DNA of 64,000 bases, from the NCBI GenBank assembly GCA_965249845.1, contig CBDFNA010000002.1, forward strand, positions 78,417 to 142,416, given 5' to 3'. Source of the DNA: Alphaproteobacteria bacterium. Its GTDB lineage: Bacteria; Pseudomonadota; Alphaproteobacteria; Bin65. The position numbers and the translations under genes were made by a program. The notes below the pieces were generated by a model that saw only the letters and a list, made by a program, of their open reading frames with translations, did no database searches and was not told the DNA's origin. Positions 19,548 through 29,583 of this stretch are shown in pieces (position 1 is the first letter of the stretch; each line of letters starts with the position of its first letter).

Positions 19548-20695
19548 TACAGCGACCTTGCGATCAGTTCCTTCATGATCTCGTTGGTGCCGCCGTAGAT
19601 TTTCTGCACCCGGGCGTCGGCATACATGCGCGAGATCGGGAATTCGTCCATGAAGCCGTAACCGCCGAACAGTTGCAGGCACTCGTCGATCACCTCGTTC
19701 TGCTTCTGGGCGCACCACCATTTCACCATCGCGGCGGTCGTGACGTCGAGGTCGCCGGCGAGATGGCGCTGCAGGCAGTTGTCGACGAAGACCCGGGCGA
19801 TATGCGCCTCGGTCTTGCATTCGGCGAGCTTGAAGCGGGTGTTCTGGAAATCCATGATCGATTTACCGAACGCCTTGCGCTGCTTGACATAGTCGGTCGT
19901 GAGTTCGATCGCGAGGTCCATCGCCGCGCAGGCGCCGACGCCGATGATCAGCCGCTCCTGCGGCAGCTGGTTCATGAGCTGGAAGAAGCCCTGGCCTTCC
20001 TCCGTGCCGAGCAGGTTGGCGGCCGGCACCTTGACATCGTCGAAGAACAGTTCCGACGTGTCTTGCGCCTTCAGGCCGAGCTTCTCCAGGTTGCGGCCGC
20101 GGGAAAACCCCTCGGCCTCGGCAGTTTCGACGACGATCAGCGAGACGCCGCGCGCCTTCTCCTCCGGGTCGGTCTTGGCGACGACGATGACAAGATCGGC
20201 ATGCTGGCCGTTGGTGATGAAGGTCTTCTGGCCGTTGACGGCATACTGGTTGCCGGTCATCCGCGCGGTCGTGCGCACGGCCTGGAGGTCGGAGCCGGTG
20301 CCCGGCTCGGTCATGGCGATGGCGCCGACCAGTTCGCCGGCCGCCATCTTCGGCAGCCAACGGCGTTTCTGCTCTTCCGAGCCGTAGACCAGGATGTATT
20401 GGGCGACGATGCCGCTGTGCACGGCGTTGCCGAGGCTGCGGACATTGGCCCGGCCCTGTTCATACAGGATGACCGATTCGTGGGCGAAAGTGCCGCCGGC
20501 GCCACCGTATTCCTCCGGCACGCTGGCCAGCAGCAGACCGGCCTCGCCCGCCTTTTTCCACATCTCCCGCGGCATGATCCCGGCCTTCGCCCATTCCTCC
20601 TCGTGCGGGACGAATTCCCTGTCGAAGAAGCGGCCCGCCGAATCCTGCAGCATCGACAGTTCTTCGGTCATCCAGGGGGAAACATAGTCGCCCAT
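19547..20695 (-). CDS. Acyl-CoA dehydrogenase
   Basis: IAMTEPGTGSDL, GQKTFITNG, QERL, RKAFG, QLFGGYG...YADARVQKIYGGTNEIMK. Confidence 0.95.
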   Translation of the reverse strand: MGDYVSPWMTEELSMLQDSAGRFFDREFVPHEEEWAKAGIMPREMWKKAGEAGLLLASVPEEYGGAGGTFAHESVILYEQGRANVRSLGNAVHSGIVAQYILVYGSEEQKRRWLPKMAAGELVGAIAMTEPGTGSDLQAVRTTARMTGNQYAVNGQKTFITNGQHADLVIVVAKTDPEEKARGVSLIVVETAEAEGFSRGRNLEKLGLKAQDTSELFFDDVKVPAANLLGTEEGQGFFQLMNQLPQERLIIGVGACAAMDLAIELTTDYVKQRKAFGKSIMDFQNTRFKLAECKTEAHIARVFVDNCLQRHLAGDLDVTTAAMVKWWCAQKQNEVIDECLQLFGGYGFMDEFPISRMYADARVQKIYGGTNEIMKELIARSL

Positions 20696-20755
20696 CGATA
20701 TTTCCTTTGTATCTCAGCCGCTAACAGTCGGTTCCGTACGCCCGCGCCCGCGGGT

Positions 20756-21587
20756 TCAGATCAGCAGGCCGCCGCCGGCGACGATCACCTGGCCGCTGAT
20801 ATAGTCGCTCTCCGGCGTGCAGAAGAGATAGACGGCGTCGGCCGCCTCCTCCGGCGTGCCGCCGCGGCCCATCGGGATGATATTTTCCATCATCTGGATC
20901 ATGTGCGGCTGGACGCCGACGCGGATATCCCGGCCGCCCGATATCGAGCACCGGCGGGTCGTCCTTGTCCATCGGCTGGGTCATGCGGGTCTTGATATAG
21001 CCGAAGGCGACGCAGTTCACGCACACCTTGTAGCGGCCCCACTCCTTCGCCATCGTCCGGGTCATGCCGATCATGGCGGACTTGGCGGCCGAATAGTTGA
21101 TCTGGCCGGCATTGCCGTAGAGCCCGGCGATCGACGAGATATTGACCACCTTGCGGATGACCTCGATGCCCTCCATCGCCTCCTTCTTGGCGGCGATGCG
21201 GATCGGCTCGGCGGCGGCGCGCAGGATGCGGAACGGCGCCTTGACATGGACGTCCATGACCGCGTCCCACTGTTCGTCGGTCATTTTCTGGATGACGCTG
21301 TCCCAGGTGTAGCCGGCGTTGTTGACGATAATGTCGATGCCGCCCCAGGCGTCCATCGCCGCCTTGACGAAACGGTCGGCGAAATCGTCGGCGGTGACAT
21401 CGCCGGCGCAGGCGACCGCAGCGCCGCCCAGCGCCCGGATCTCCTCGGCGGTTTCGTTGGCGGGATCGGCGTCAAGATCGTTGACCGCGACCCGCGCGCC
21501 CTCACGCGCCAGCTTGAGCGCCAGCGCCCTGCCGATGCCGCGCCCCGAGCCCGAGACCAGGGCGACCTTGCCGTCGAGTTTAGCCAT
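20756..21587 (-). pseudogene. SDR / 3-oxoacyl-reductase-like gene with one +1 frameshift
   Basis: SGSGRGIG, NNAG, NYSAAK. After an extra G at ~20938 the alternate frame gives ...IPMGRGGTPEEAADAVYLFCTPESDYISGQVIVAGGGLLI*. Span 832 bp = 3n+1. Confidence 0.8.
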
Positions 21588-21657
21588 GCGTTTTCGTGCT
21601 TTCCGTTGAATTTCAGGCAGTTGAGAGAAAGTGTGGAGAAATTTCCGGCAGTTGGCG

Positions 21658-22068
21658 TCAGCCAACTGCCACCACGGCCTCGCCTTTCAGCTTCACATCG
21701 CCGTTTTCGTCCGTCGCGGTGATGTCGAGGCGCAGGCGTTGCTCGCCGTCCTGTTCAAATTTCTCCGTCACCGTGCCGTTGCAATGGATTTCCGCGCCGA
21801 CCTGGGTGATGGCGGCGAAGCGGACGCCCCAGCTGCGCAGGGCCGATTGCGGCACGATGCCGGTCAGCGCCCGGCCGAGCCAGGCCATCACCAGCATGCC
21901 GTGGGCGAAGACGTCGCCGACGCCGGCCTGCCGGGTGAAATCGATGTCGATATGGATCGGGTTGTGGTCGCCGGAGGCGCCGGCGTAAAGGGCCAGCGTC
22001 TGCCGGGAGACCCGGTCGATCACCAGTTCGGGGATGGCGTCGCCGACGCCGAGGGCTGCTGCGTTCAT
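21658..22068 (-). CDS. MaoC-family dehydratase (R-specific enoyl-CoA hydratase-like)
   Basis: YAGASGDHNPIHID...FAHGML hot-dog hydratase motif. Confidence 0.9.
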   Translation of the reverse strand: MNAAALGVGDAIPELVIDRVSRQTLALYAGASGDHNPIHIDIDFTRQAGVGDVFAHGMLVMAWLGRALTGIVPQSALRSWGVRFAAITQVGAEIHCNGTVTEKFEQDGEQRLRLDITATDENGDVKLKGEAVVAVG

Positions 22069-22080
22069 TCTGCGTCTCCT

Positions 22081-22530
22081 CTATCCGTGGCGCTGGACGA
22101 CGACGGCGGTCATCGTCGCGCACAGCCGGCCATCCTGGTTCACGGCATCTGTCTTCTGCACCATGAACTCCAGCAGGCCGCCCTTTTTCTCGTAGATGTC
22201 CTCGATCCTTGTATTCAGCGTGACGGTGTCGCCTGCGCAGACCGGGCGATGGTATTCGAAATGCTGCTCGCCATGCAGCAGCTTTGCCACGTCGAAGCCG
22301 AGCTTCACCAGCGCGTCGGTCGGCTCCGAATTGCGCTGGGCCAGACAGAACACGAAGGTCGGCGGCGCGACGACATCCGGATAACCCGCGGCGCGCGCCA
22401 CCTCGCCATCGGTATGGATCGGGTCGGTCGCGCCGATGGCTCTGGCGAACTGGCGGATCGCGCCTTTCTCGACCTCGCCGACGATCGGCTCAAGCACCGT
22501 GCCGATCAGTTTCCTGTCCAGGCTGCGCAT
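22081..22530 (-). CDS. MaoC N-terminal / FAS1-like dehydratase partner subunit
   Basis: VEKGAIRQFARAIG.TDPIH...APPTF...LLHGEQHFEYHRPV.AGD. Confidence 0.85.
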   Translation of the reverse strand: MRSLDRKLIGTVLEPIVGEVEKGAIRQFARAIGATDPIHTDGEVARAAGYPDVVAPPTFVFCLAQRNSEPTDALVKLGFDVAKLLHGEQHFEYHRPVCAGDTVTLNTRIEDIYEKKGGLLEFMVQKTDAVNQDGRLCATMTAVVVQRHG

Positions 22531-22630
22531 CTCTGCGTCCTTCGTCTTCGGGAACTGCTTTCCGTTGGGGCTATCGCCCGTGCCCCGGCCTGTCAACGCG
22601 GCAAACGGATAGAGGCGCGGAATTGGGCAT

Positions 22631-22783
22631 CCTTCGAGACGGCCATTTCGAGACGGCGCTGGCGCGCCTCCTCAATAGCCTCCTCAGGATGAAGAGTTTG
22701 TTGGCTCACCGATTTCGCCTTCATCCTGAGGAGAGGCTGAGGAGCGGTCTGAAAGACCGCGTCTCGAAGCCTCGTCTCGAAGG
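22631..22783. repeat. Family A palindromic repeat in the divergent MaoC/P450 intergenic region
   Basis: Same arms as the 16293 and 19353 copies; different central spacer. Confidence 0.9.
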
Positions 22784-22854
22784 ACGGCCGCGGCTTGCAT
22801 TCCCACAGCCAGACGCTAGGGTCGTAACGCGCCATCCGGAACCGCAGATCCCTT

Positions 22855-24108
22855 ATGCCCGACGCCGAAAGCCCCGCCATATTCTTCGATCCGCTGTCGG
22901 CCGACGCGATCCGCGATCCCTATACGGCGATGGCGCCGTTGCAGGCGGAGGCGCCGGTTTACTGGTCGGACATCCTAGGCGCCTGGGTTGTCACCCGCTA
23001 TCGCGATATTCGCGAGGCCTTCCGCGATCCGCGCCTGTCTTCGGACCGGATCCGCCCGTTCATCGAACGCGCGCCGGACGCCTTGCAGGAGACGCTGAAG
23101 CCGCTCGGCGACCATCTGAACCTGTGGGCGGTATTCACCGATCCGCCGGATCACACCCGCCTGCGCGGCCTGATGAACCGCGCCTTCACGACCCGGGCGG
23201 TACAGGCGTTGCGCCCGGAAATTACCCGTATCGTCAATCGGTTACTGGACGATATCGATGACAGGATCGAACGGACCGGCAAGCGCGAATTCGACCTGAT
23301 CCACGAATTCGCCTACCCCCTGCCGGCCATGGTCATCGCGCAGATGCTCGGCGTGCCGATGAAGGATGTCGACCATCTGAAGCGCTGGTCGGACCTGCTG
23401 GCGAAATTCGTGCTGACATCCCGCAGCAATCCGGAAAAATACCGGATGGCGTCGGACGGCGTCGTCGAGATGGAGGCCTATTTCCGCCGCTTCCTCGAAG
23501 AACACCGCGCCAGCGACGCCGAGGATGTGACGACCGGCCTGCTCGACGCCCGCGACGACGATGACCGGCTGACAACCGACGAACTGGTGGCCTGCTGCGT
23601 GCTGTTGCTGTTCGCCGGCCATGAGACGACGACCCAGCTTCTCGCCAACGGCGTCCGCGCGCTGCTCGAAAATCCGGCACAGCTAAAGGATTTGCGCAGC
23701 AATCTCGACGACGTCGATCTGGTGCGCAACGCCATCGAGGAGATGCTGCGCTTCGACGGCCCGTCCATCTCCATGGTCCGCGTCGCCGCGGAGAATTTCG
23801 AGTGGCACGGCCAGCGCATCGCCAAGGGCGACCGGCTGTTCCTGATGATGTGCGTCGGCAACCGGGATCCGCGGGTCTTCGACGATCCGGATCGGTTCGA
23901 CATCCGCCGCGATGACGCGAAGAAGAATTTCACCTTCGGCTACGGCATCCATTTCTGCATCGGCGCGCCGCTCGCCCGGCTCGAAGCCGAAATCGCCTTC
24001 CCGCTCCTGCTCCAGCGCTACCCCGGCCTCGAACTCGCGGAGGATGACCCGCCCTGGTCCGACAGCATTCTCACCCGCGGCATGCTGCACATGACGGTGC
24101 GGGTGTAG
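22855..24108 (+). CDS. Cytochrome P450
   Basis: DPPDHTRLR, LLFAGHETT (I-helix), EEMLR (ExxR), FGYGIHFCIG heme-binding motif. Confidence 0.96.
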   Translation: MPDAESPAIFFDPLSADAIRDPYTAMAPLQAEAPVYWSDILGAWVVTRYRDIREAFRDPRLSSDRIRPFIERAPDALQETLKPLGDHLNLWAVFTDPPDHTRLRGLMNRAFTTRAVQALRPEITRIVNRLLDDIDDRIERTGKREFDLIHEFAYPLPAMVIAQMLGVPMKDVDHLKRWSDLLAKFVLTSRSNPEKYRMASDGVVEMEAYFRRFLEEHRASDAEDVTTGLLDARDDDDRLTTDELVACCVLLLFAGHETTTQLLANGVRALLENPAQLKDLRSNLDDVDLVRNAIEEMLRFDGPSISMVRVAAENFEWHGQRIAKGDRLFLMMCVGNRDPRVFDDPDRFDIRRDDAKKNFTFGYGIHFCIGAPLARLEAEIAFPLLLQRYPGLELAEDDPPWSDSILTRGMLHMTVRV

Positions 24109-24114
24109 GTCCGT

Positions 24115-24220
24115 CCTTCGATACGCCGCCTGCGGCGGCTACTCAGGATGAGGGAGAGATGAGGAGGCGCGACCTTCTTCCTCATCCCGAGCAGGCCCCC
24201 GCAGGGGGCCGTATCGAGGG
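24115..24220. repeat. Family B REP doublet
   Basis: ccttcgatacg...ctactcaggatgagg / cctcatcccgagcagg...cgtatcgaggg; related copies at 37966 and 57078. Confidence 0.8.
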
Positions 24221-24224
24221 GCGT

Positions 24225-24854
24225 TCAATAAGCGTACTTCACCGAACAGCCGTAGGGGCGGGTCGCCGGCTGGCTGACCTCGCGGCCGGCGGCGATCTCG
24301 CCCAGCGCCGCCGTCACATAGTTCTTCGCCCGCGGGATATCGGCGGGATTGGCCGAGCGGATGCTGTCGATCGCGCCCATGTAGAGCACCGTGCCGTCCT
24401 TGCCGACAACAAACATTTGCGGCGTGTTGGTGGCTTCGTAGCGCCGGCCGATGACGCCTTTCGGGTCGAGGATAACGTGGCTCGGCGCGGCGGCGCGGGT
24501 CTCGGTCAGCCGGTTCGCCCCGGCCCCGTCGACATGTCCCTGGGTGCCCCGCGCGGAGGAGACGATCGACAGCCAGACCGCGCCCATGGCGCGCGCCGCC
24601 TTTTGCGTTTTCTGCATGTTGCCGGCGCCGTAATGCTTGCCGACGTACGGGCAGCCGTCGTTGGTCCACTCCAGCACCACCAGCTTGCCGCGCAGCGCGG
24701 ACAGGGTCACCTTTGCGCCATTGCTGTCGATGCCAGTGAAGTCAGGCGCGGTCTTGCCGACTTCGGGCGCGGCTGCCGCCAACGCCGGAACCGGCGCAGC
24801 GAGGTAGGCCGCGGCGAATGCGGCAATGGTGAATGATTTCAAACGCTTCTTCAT
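24225..24854 (-). CDS. Exported redoxin / AhpC-TSA family protein
   Basis: Signal peptide; APDFTGIDSNG, VVLEWTNDGCPYVGKHY, ATNTP, YMGAID, YGCSVKY. Confidence 0.85.
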   Translation of the reverse strand: MKKRLKSFTIAAFAAAYLAAPVPALAAAAPEVGKTAPDFTGIDSNGAKVTLSALRGKLVVLEWTNDGCPYVGKHYGAGNMQKTQKAARAMGAVWLSIVSSARGTQGHVDGAGANRLTETRAAAPSHVILDPKGVIGRRYEATNTPQMFVVGKDGTVLYMGAIDSIRSANPADIPRAKNYVTAALGEIAAGREVSQPATRPYGCSVKYAY

Positions 24855-24906
24855 CGGTCTTTCCTCGCTTCCTGTATCGTTTTCCAGGGCTGCAGCGCCG
24901 CGCATT

Positions 24907-27135
24907 CTAGTTTCCGGACCTCCCGGCCCGTCTCGACTCGCCGGCCATCTTGCCGATCGCGCCGATCACAATGCCCTCCGTCAGGATCTGCGGCAGGATC
25001 ATCGGCTTCTTCGCCGATCCTTGCGGCGGATAAATGACATAGAGCGGCACGCCGGAGCGGCCGAATGCCGCCAGATGCTTCGTAATTACCGGATCGCGCC
25101 GGGTCCAGTCGCCCTTGAGCATGGTCATACGCGCTTTCTCGATCGCCTGCCCGACGCTGTCGAGGCGCAGGACGACCTTTTCGTTCGCGATACAGGTGAT
25201 GCACCAAGCCGCCGTGAAATTGACGAAGACCGGCCGGCCTTCGGCGCGGCGCGCTGTCAGCGCCGCTTCGCTGAACGGCTCCCAAACGAGCCCGCCGCCG
25301 GTTGTTTCGGCGGGTTCGCCGGCGTTCGCCGGAACCGGCGCGCCGCTGTCTGCGTACCGAACCATGGCAAAGGCGGCAATAACCGCCACAGCGGCGAGGC
25401 TGAGGCCGATCGGCCGCCAGAAGCGGGCGGCGCCGGCGCTGGCCTGCCAGAGCCAGACCGCGAAGGCGAGCAGGATCGCCCCGGCCAGCGCGCCGAGCAG
25501 GGCCGCATCGCCGGCCTGCAACGACAGCACCCAGATCAGCCAGGCTGCGGTTGCGAACATCGGGAAGGCCAGGAGTTGCTTGAACCGCACCATCCACGGC
25601 CCCGGTTTCGGCACCAGGCGCAGCAGGCCCGGCGCCAAGCTGAGCAGCAGGAACGGCAGGGCCAGGCCCAGCCCCAGCGCCAGCATCACCGCCATGGCGA
25701 CCGCCGCCGGCTGGCTCAGCCCAAAGCCGACCGCCGCGCCCATGAAGGGCGCCGTACACGGCGTCGCGACGATAACCGCGAGCACGCCGGTGAAGAAGGA
25801 GCCGGAAAGGCCGGATCGCCCGGCCAGGCCGCTGCCGATCCCGACGAGGCGCCCGCCGATTTCGAACAGACCGGCGAAATTCAGCCCGATCAGGACCATC
25901 AGCCAGGCCATGAGCAGGACGAAGACAGGCTCCTGAAGCTGGAAGCCCCAGCCGGCCACCGCGCCTGCGCCGCGCACGGCCAGCAGCACCGCGCCGACGA
26001 TGGCGAAGCTCGCCAGAACGCCGAGGGTATAGGCCGCGCCGTGCCGGCCCATGCCCCGGCCCTCGTTAGCGTGGCTGGCGAAACCCAGCGCCTTGACGGC
26101 GAGCACCGGCAGCACGCAGGGCATCAGGTTAAGGATCAGGCCGCCCAGCACGGCAAGAACCACCGCCTCCCAGAAGCCGATAAGCGCCGCCGGGATCGCT
26201 TCGGTCGCGGCAAGACGAAAGGCCTGGGTCGCCATCTCGCCGTCGACCAGTTGTTCCTTGATGACGAGCAGTCCGCCGACACTCGAGATCGGTTCGGTCG
26301 CCCTGCCGCGCTGCGCCTCCAGCGTCAGGCCGCGGTCCGTTACCGACAGTTTCTGCGCCGCCGCATATTTCACCACGCCGTGGCCCCAAGGATAGAACCA
26401 GGCGTCTTTTATGACTTCGCGTTTCAGTCCCGGCGCCGCAACATCGAGCCGGAACTTCTTGCCATTAAAGGTATATTGTGCGGTCCAAGGCGACGGTTTC
26501 GGCCGCGCCGCCCGGGCTTTTGCGAATATCGGCCCCGCTCGGAAATCGGCGATCGGCGGATCGCCGGCGACCGGAAGGTCGAGCTTCAAGACTCCCTCTT
26601 CCGGGATACAGACCTCTTCGCAGACCAGCCAGGAGGCGTTCGCCGTCAGGTTTGCATTCGTGCCGGGCCGGGCGTTCTCCGGCACCGCGATCGGCACCAG
26701 ATGGATCGCCTCGTCGCTGTAACCGTAGTTGACCAGCGGACCGACCGGGAGGCGCTCCGGCGGCAGCCAGACGATTTCGCCGGCGGCATAGCCCTTGGGC
26801 AGCACCCAGTCGATCCGTGTCGCCTCGCCCGAATCGCCGGCGTTGCGCCAGTAGGTGTGCCACTTGGGAATGATCCGGAAATAAAGCGCAACCCAGGCGG
26901 TCGTGCCGGGCCGGAGCGTTACATGCTCGCTCAGCAGTTCCGCCGTCACATGCTTCGTCTTGAAGACCCGGCCGGCCGGAGCGGATTGCTGAGCCCCGCC
27001 CTGCGGCGCAAGGCCGGGCAGATCGAGGCCGCGCAACGTGCCCGGTTTCGATGTTTGCGCCGCAGCCTGGCCGGTAAGCGCAAGCCCGGCCAGTAGCAGC
27101 AGGCACGCCATCCGGCGAATGAAATTTCTAATCAT
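24907..27135 (-). CDS. DsbD-family thiol:disulfide interchange protein
   Basis: WHTYWRNAGDSG, WLVCEEVCIPE, LNLMPCVLPVL, ATPCTAPFM, C-terminal FTAAWCITC. Confidence 0.9.
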   Translation of the reverse strand: MIRNFIRRMACLLLLAGLALTGQAAAQTSKPGTLRGLDLPGLAPQGGAQQSAPAGRVFKTKHVTAELLSEHVTLRPGTTAWVALYFRIIPKWHTYWRNAGDSGEATRIDWVLPKGYAAGEIVWLPPERLPVGPLVNYGYSDEAIHLVPIAVPENARPGTNANLTANASWLVCEEVCIPEEGVLKLDLPVAGDPPIADFRAGPIFAKARAARPKPSPWTAQYTFNGKKFRLDVAAPGLKREVIKDAWFYPWGHGVVKYAAAQKLSVTDRGLTLEAQRGRATEPISSVGGLLVIKEQLVDGEMATQAFRLAATEAIPAALIGFWEAVVLAVLGGLILNLMPCVLPVLAVKALGFASHANEGRGMGRHGAAYTLGVLASFAIVGAVLLAVRGAGAVAGWGFQLQEPVFVLLMAWLMVLIGLNFAGLFEIGGRLVGIGSGLAGRSGLSGSFFTGVLAVIVATPCTAPFMGAAVGFGLSQPAAVAMAVMLALGLGLALPFLLLSLAPGLLRLVPKPGPWMVRFKQLLAFPMFATAAWLIWVLSLQAGDAALLGALAGAILLAFAVWLWQASAGAARFWRPIGLSLAAVAVIAAFAMVRYADSGAPVPANAGEPAETTGGGLVWEPFSEAALTARRAEGRPVFVNFTAAWCITCIANEKVVLRLDSVGQAIEKARMTMLKGDWTRRDPVITKHLAAFGRSGVPLYVIYPPQGSAKKPMILPQILTEGIVIGAIGKMAGESRRAGRSGN

Positions 27136-27349
27136 TCCAGCGCGTTACCGGGCTCTGTTGGCGGGTGTCGGCGGCGGCTGTCCGAACATGGGCGGGCGGC
27201 CGCCGGGTGGCAAGGCCGCCGAGTTTCGCAGTCCATCACTTTCGCGCCATTGCGCCTCATGCGCCGCGGCGGCTGGCTACTGGCAATCGGGCCGGGCGCT
27301 GGTGTAAACAACCCGCAAGCGATTCCAGACAGTTCGGGAGGAAGATGCC

Positions 27350-28993
27350 ATGGCCGGCTCGGTCGCCACGATCATGGATTATCCGCTGACGCTCAATCAC
27401 CTGCTGACACGGATGAAGGATGTGTATCCGACGCAAGAGGTGGTCTCCCAGCGGCCCGACAAATCCGTCCTGCGCCACACCTATGCCGACATTTGCGACC
27501 GCGCGCAGAAACTGGCCCGGGCACTGGTCAAGGCCGGCGTGAAAAAAGGCGACCGGGTGGCGACACTGGCCTGGAACCATGCCTCGCACCTGGAATGCTA
27601 TTACGGCATCCCGGCGGCCGGCGGCGTCATGCACACGCTGAACCTGCGGCTCGGCCCGGCGGACATCGGCTATATCGCGACCCATGCCGACGACAGGATC
27701 GTTATCGTGGATGACGTTCTGCTGCCGCTCTACGAGCAGTTCAAGGACCGGATGCCGGACCACCGGACCATCGTCATTCCCTTCGGCGGCGATGTGCCGG
27801 AGGGAATGGAGAGCTACGAGGATTTTATCGAGACCGGCGCCGGCGATATTGCGCTGCCGGCAATCGACGAAACCGACGGCTGCGCCATGTGCTACACCTC
27901 CGGCACGACCGGCGACCCCAAGGGCGTGATCTATTCGCACCGCGGGATGGTGCTGCATTCGATGGTCAGCGCCCAGCCCGACATGCTGAGTTTCAGCATG
28001 AACGACTGCATCCTCCCGGTCGTGCCGATGTTCCACGCCAACGCTTGGGGCATCCCCTACGCCGCGACGATGACCGGCGCGAAAATCGTCTTCCCGGGGC
28101 CGCATCTGGACGCCGCGAGCCTGATCGACCAGTTCATTGCGGAGAAGGTCACCTTCTCCGGCGGCGTGCCGACGGTCTGGCTCGGCATCATCCAGACCAT
28201 CGAGAAAGACCCGGCGAAATACGAAGCATTGCGCGGGCTGCGCACGGTGGTCGGCGGCTCGGCCGCGCCGCCGGCCGTGATCCGGCGCTTCCAGGATTTC
28301 GGCATCACCGTGCTGCACGCCTGGGGCATGACGGAAATGTCGCCGCTCGGCACCGTCGCCAACGTCAAACCACATCTCGCGACCCAGGGCGAAGAAATCT
28401 ATTTTAGCTACCGCGCCAAACAGGGCTACGCCGCGCCCTTCGTCGACCTGCGCCACCGCGACGGCGACGGCAACATTCTGCCCTGGGACGGCGACTCGAT
28501 GGGCGAGCTGGAGGTCCGCGGCCCGTGGATCGCGAGCAGCTACTACAACTATCCCGAAGCGGACGACCGCTGGAGCGACGACGGCTGGTTCCGGACCGGC
28601 GATATCGTGACGATGGACAGCGAAGGCTATGTCCAGATCACCGACCGGTCGAAGGACGTCATCAAATCCGGCGGCGAGTGGATCAGTTCGGTCGATCTGG
28701 AAAACGCCATCATGGGCCATCCGGCGGTCAAGGAAGCGGCGGTGATCGCCCTGCCCCACACGAAATGGGACGAGCGGCCGCTTGCCTGCATCGTGCTCAA
28801 GGACGGCCAGTCGCTGACCAAGGCCGAACTGGATCGCCATCTGTTGAGCGACTTTGCCAAGTGGCAGCTCCCGGACGACCTCGTCATGATCGATGAGGTG
28901 CCCAAAACCTCGACCGGAAAGTTTCAGAAACTGACCCTGCGCAACCGTTTCGCCGATTGGCAATGGGGCGCGGACCAGCGGATGGCGGGTTAG
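27350..28993 (+). CDS. Acyl-CoA ligase (AlkK/DmdB-like AMP-binding enzyme)
   Basis: YTSGTTGDPKG, PMFHANAWG, WGMTE, GWFRTGD, DRSKDVIKSGGEWISS, PKTSTGK. Confidence 0.9.
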   Translation: MAGSVATIMDYPLTLNHLLTRMKDVYPTQEVVSQRPDKSVLRHTYADICDRAQKLARALVKAGVKKGDRVATLAWNHASHLECYYGIPAAGGVMHTLNLRLGPADIGYIATHADDRIVIVDDVLLPLYEQFKDRMPDHRTIVIPFGGDVPEGMESYEDFIETGAGDIALPAIDETDGCAMCYTSGTTGDPKGVIYSHRGMVLHSMVSAQPDMLSFSMNDCILPVVPMFHANAWGIPYAATMTGAKIVFPGPHLDAASLIDQFIAEKVTFSGGVPTVWLGIIQTIEKDPAKYEALRGLRTVVGGSAAPPAVIRRFQDFGITVLHAWGMTEMSPLGTVANVKPHLATQGEEIYFSYRAKQGYAAPFVDLRHRDGDGNILPWDGDSMGELEVRGPWIASSYYNYPEADDRWSDDGWFRTGDIVTMDSEGYVQITDRSKDVIKSGGEWISSVDLENAIMGHPAVKEAAVIALPHTKWDERPLACIVLKDGQSLTKAELDRHLLSDFAKWQLPDDLVMIDEVPKTSTGKFQKLTLRNRFADWQWGADQRMAG

Positions 28994-28995
28994 CC

Positions 28996-29550
28996 ATGGC
29001 TGCCGCCGCGAATTGCAGCGGAAGCGAGGCGCCGCCGACGGCGCTGTTCGCCGCCACCGACATCGCCAAACGGGTCGATACGCTGGCCGCCGCCATCTCG
29101 AATGCCATGGGGCCGGATTTTGTCCTGCTCTGCGTCTTGAACGGCGCGTTCATCTTTACCGCGGACCTCGCCCGCGCCCTGGCGTCGCGAGGCTGCCGGC
29201 CGCGCATCGAATTCGCCAGTTTCAAGAGCTACGGAGGCGCGACCGAAAGTTCCGGCCGGGTGCGGCTGGTCGGCGAATTTCCGGGAAACCTCGCCGGCGC
29301 CAAGGTTCTCCTGGTCGACGACATTCTCGATACCGGCCGGACGCTGCTCACCGCGCGCATGATGGTGGAAGACGCCGGCGCGGAAAAGGTCTCGACCTGC
29401 GTGCTGCTCGACAAGCCGGCGCGCCGGGCCGCGCCCGTGGAGGCCGACTATGTCGGCTTCTCCATCGACGATGTCTTCGTCGTCGGCTACGGCATCGATT
29501 ACGCCGAGAAATACCGCTACCTGCCGGACCTGGCGCATATTTCGGAATAG
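28996..29550 (+). CDS. hpt: Hypoxanthine phosphoribosyltransferase
   Basis: VLNGAFIF.ADL, VLLVDDILDTGRTL, FVVGYGIDYAEKYR.LP. Confidence 0.92.
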   Translation: MAAAANCSGSEAPPTALFAATDIAKRVDTLAAAISNAMGPDFVLLCVLNGAFIFTADLARALASRGCRPRIEFASFKSYGGATESSGRVRLVGEFPGNLAGAKVLLVDDILDTGRTLLTARMMVEDAGAEKVSTCVLLDKPARRAAPVEADYVGFSIDDVFVVGYGIDYAEKYRYLPDLAHISE

Positions 29551-29583
29551 CGCAAGGGCGCGCCGCGCCGGGGATGGCGGTCG

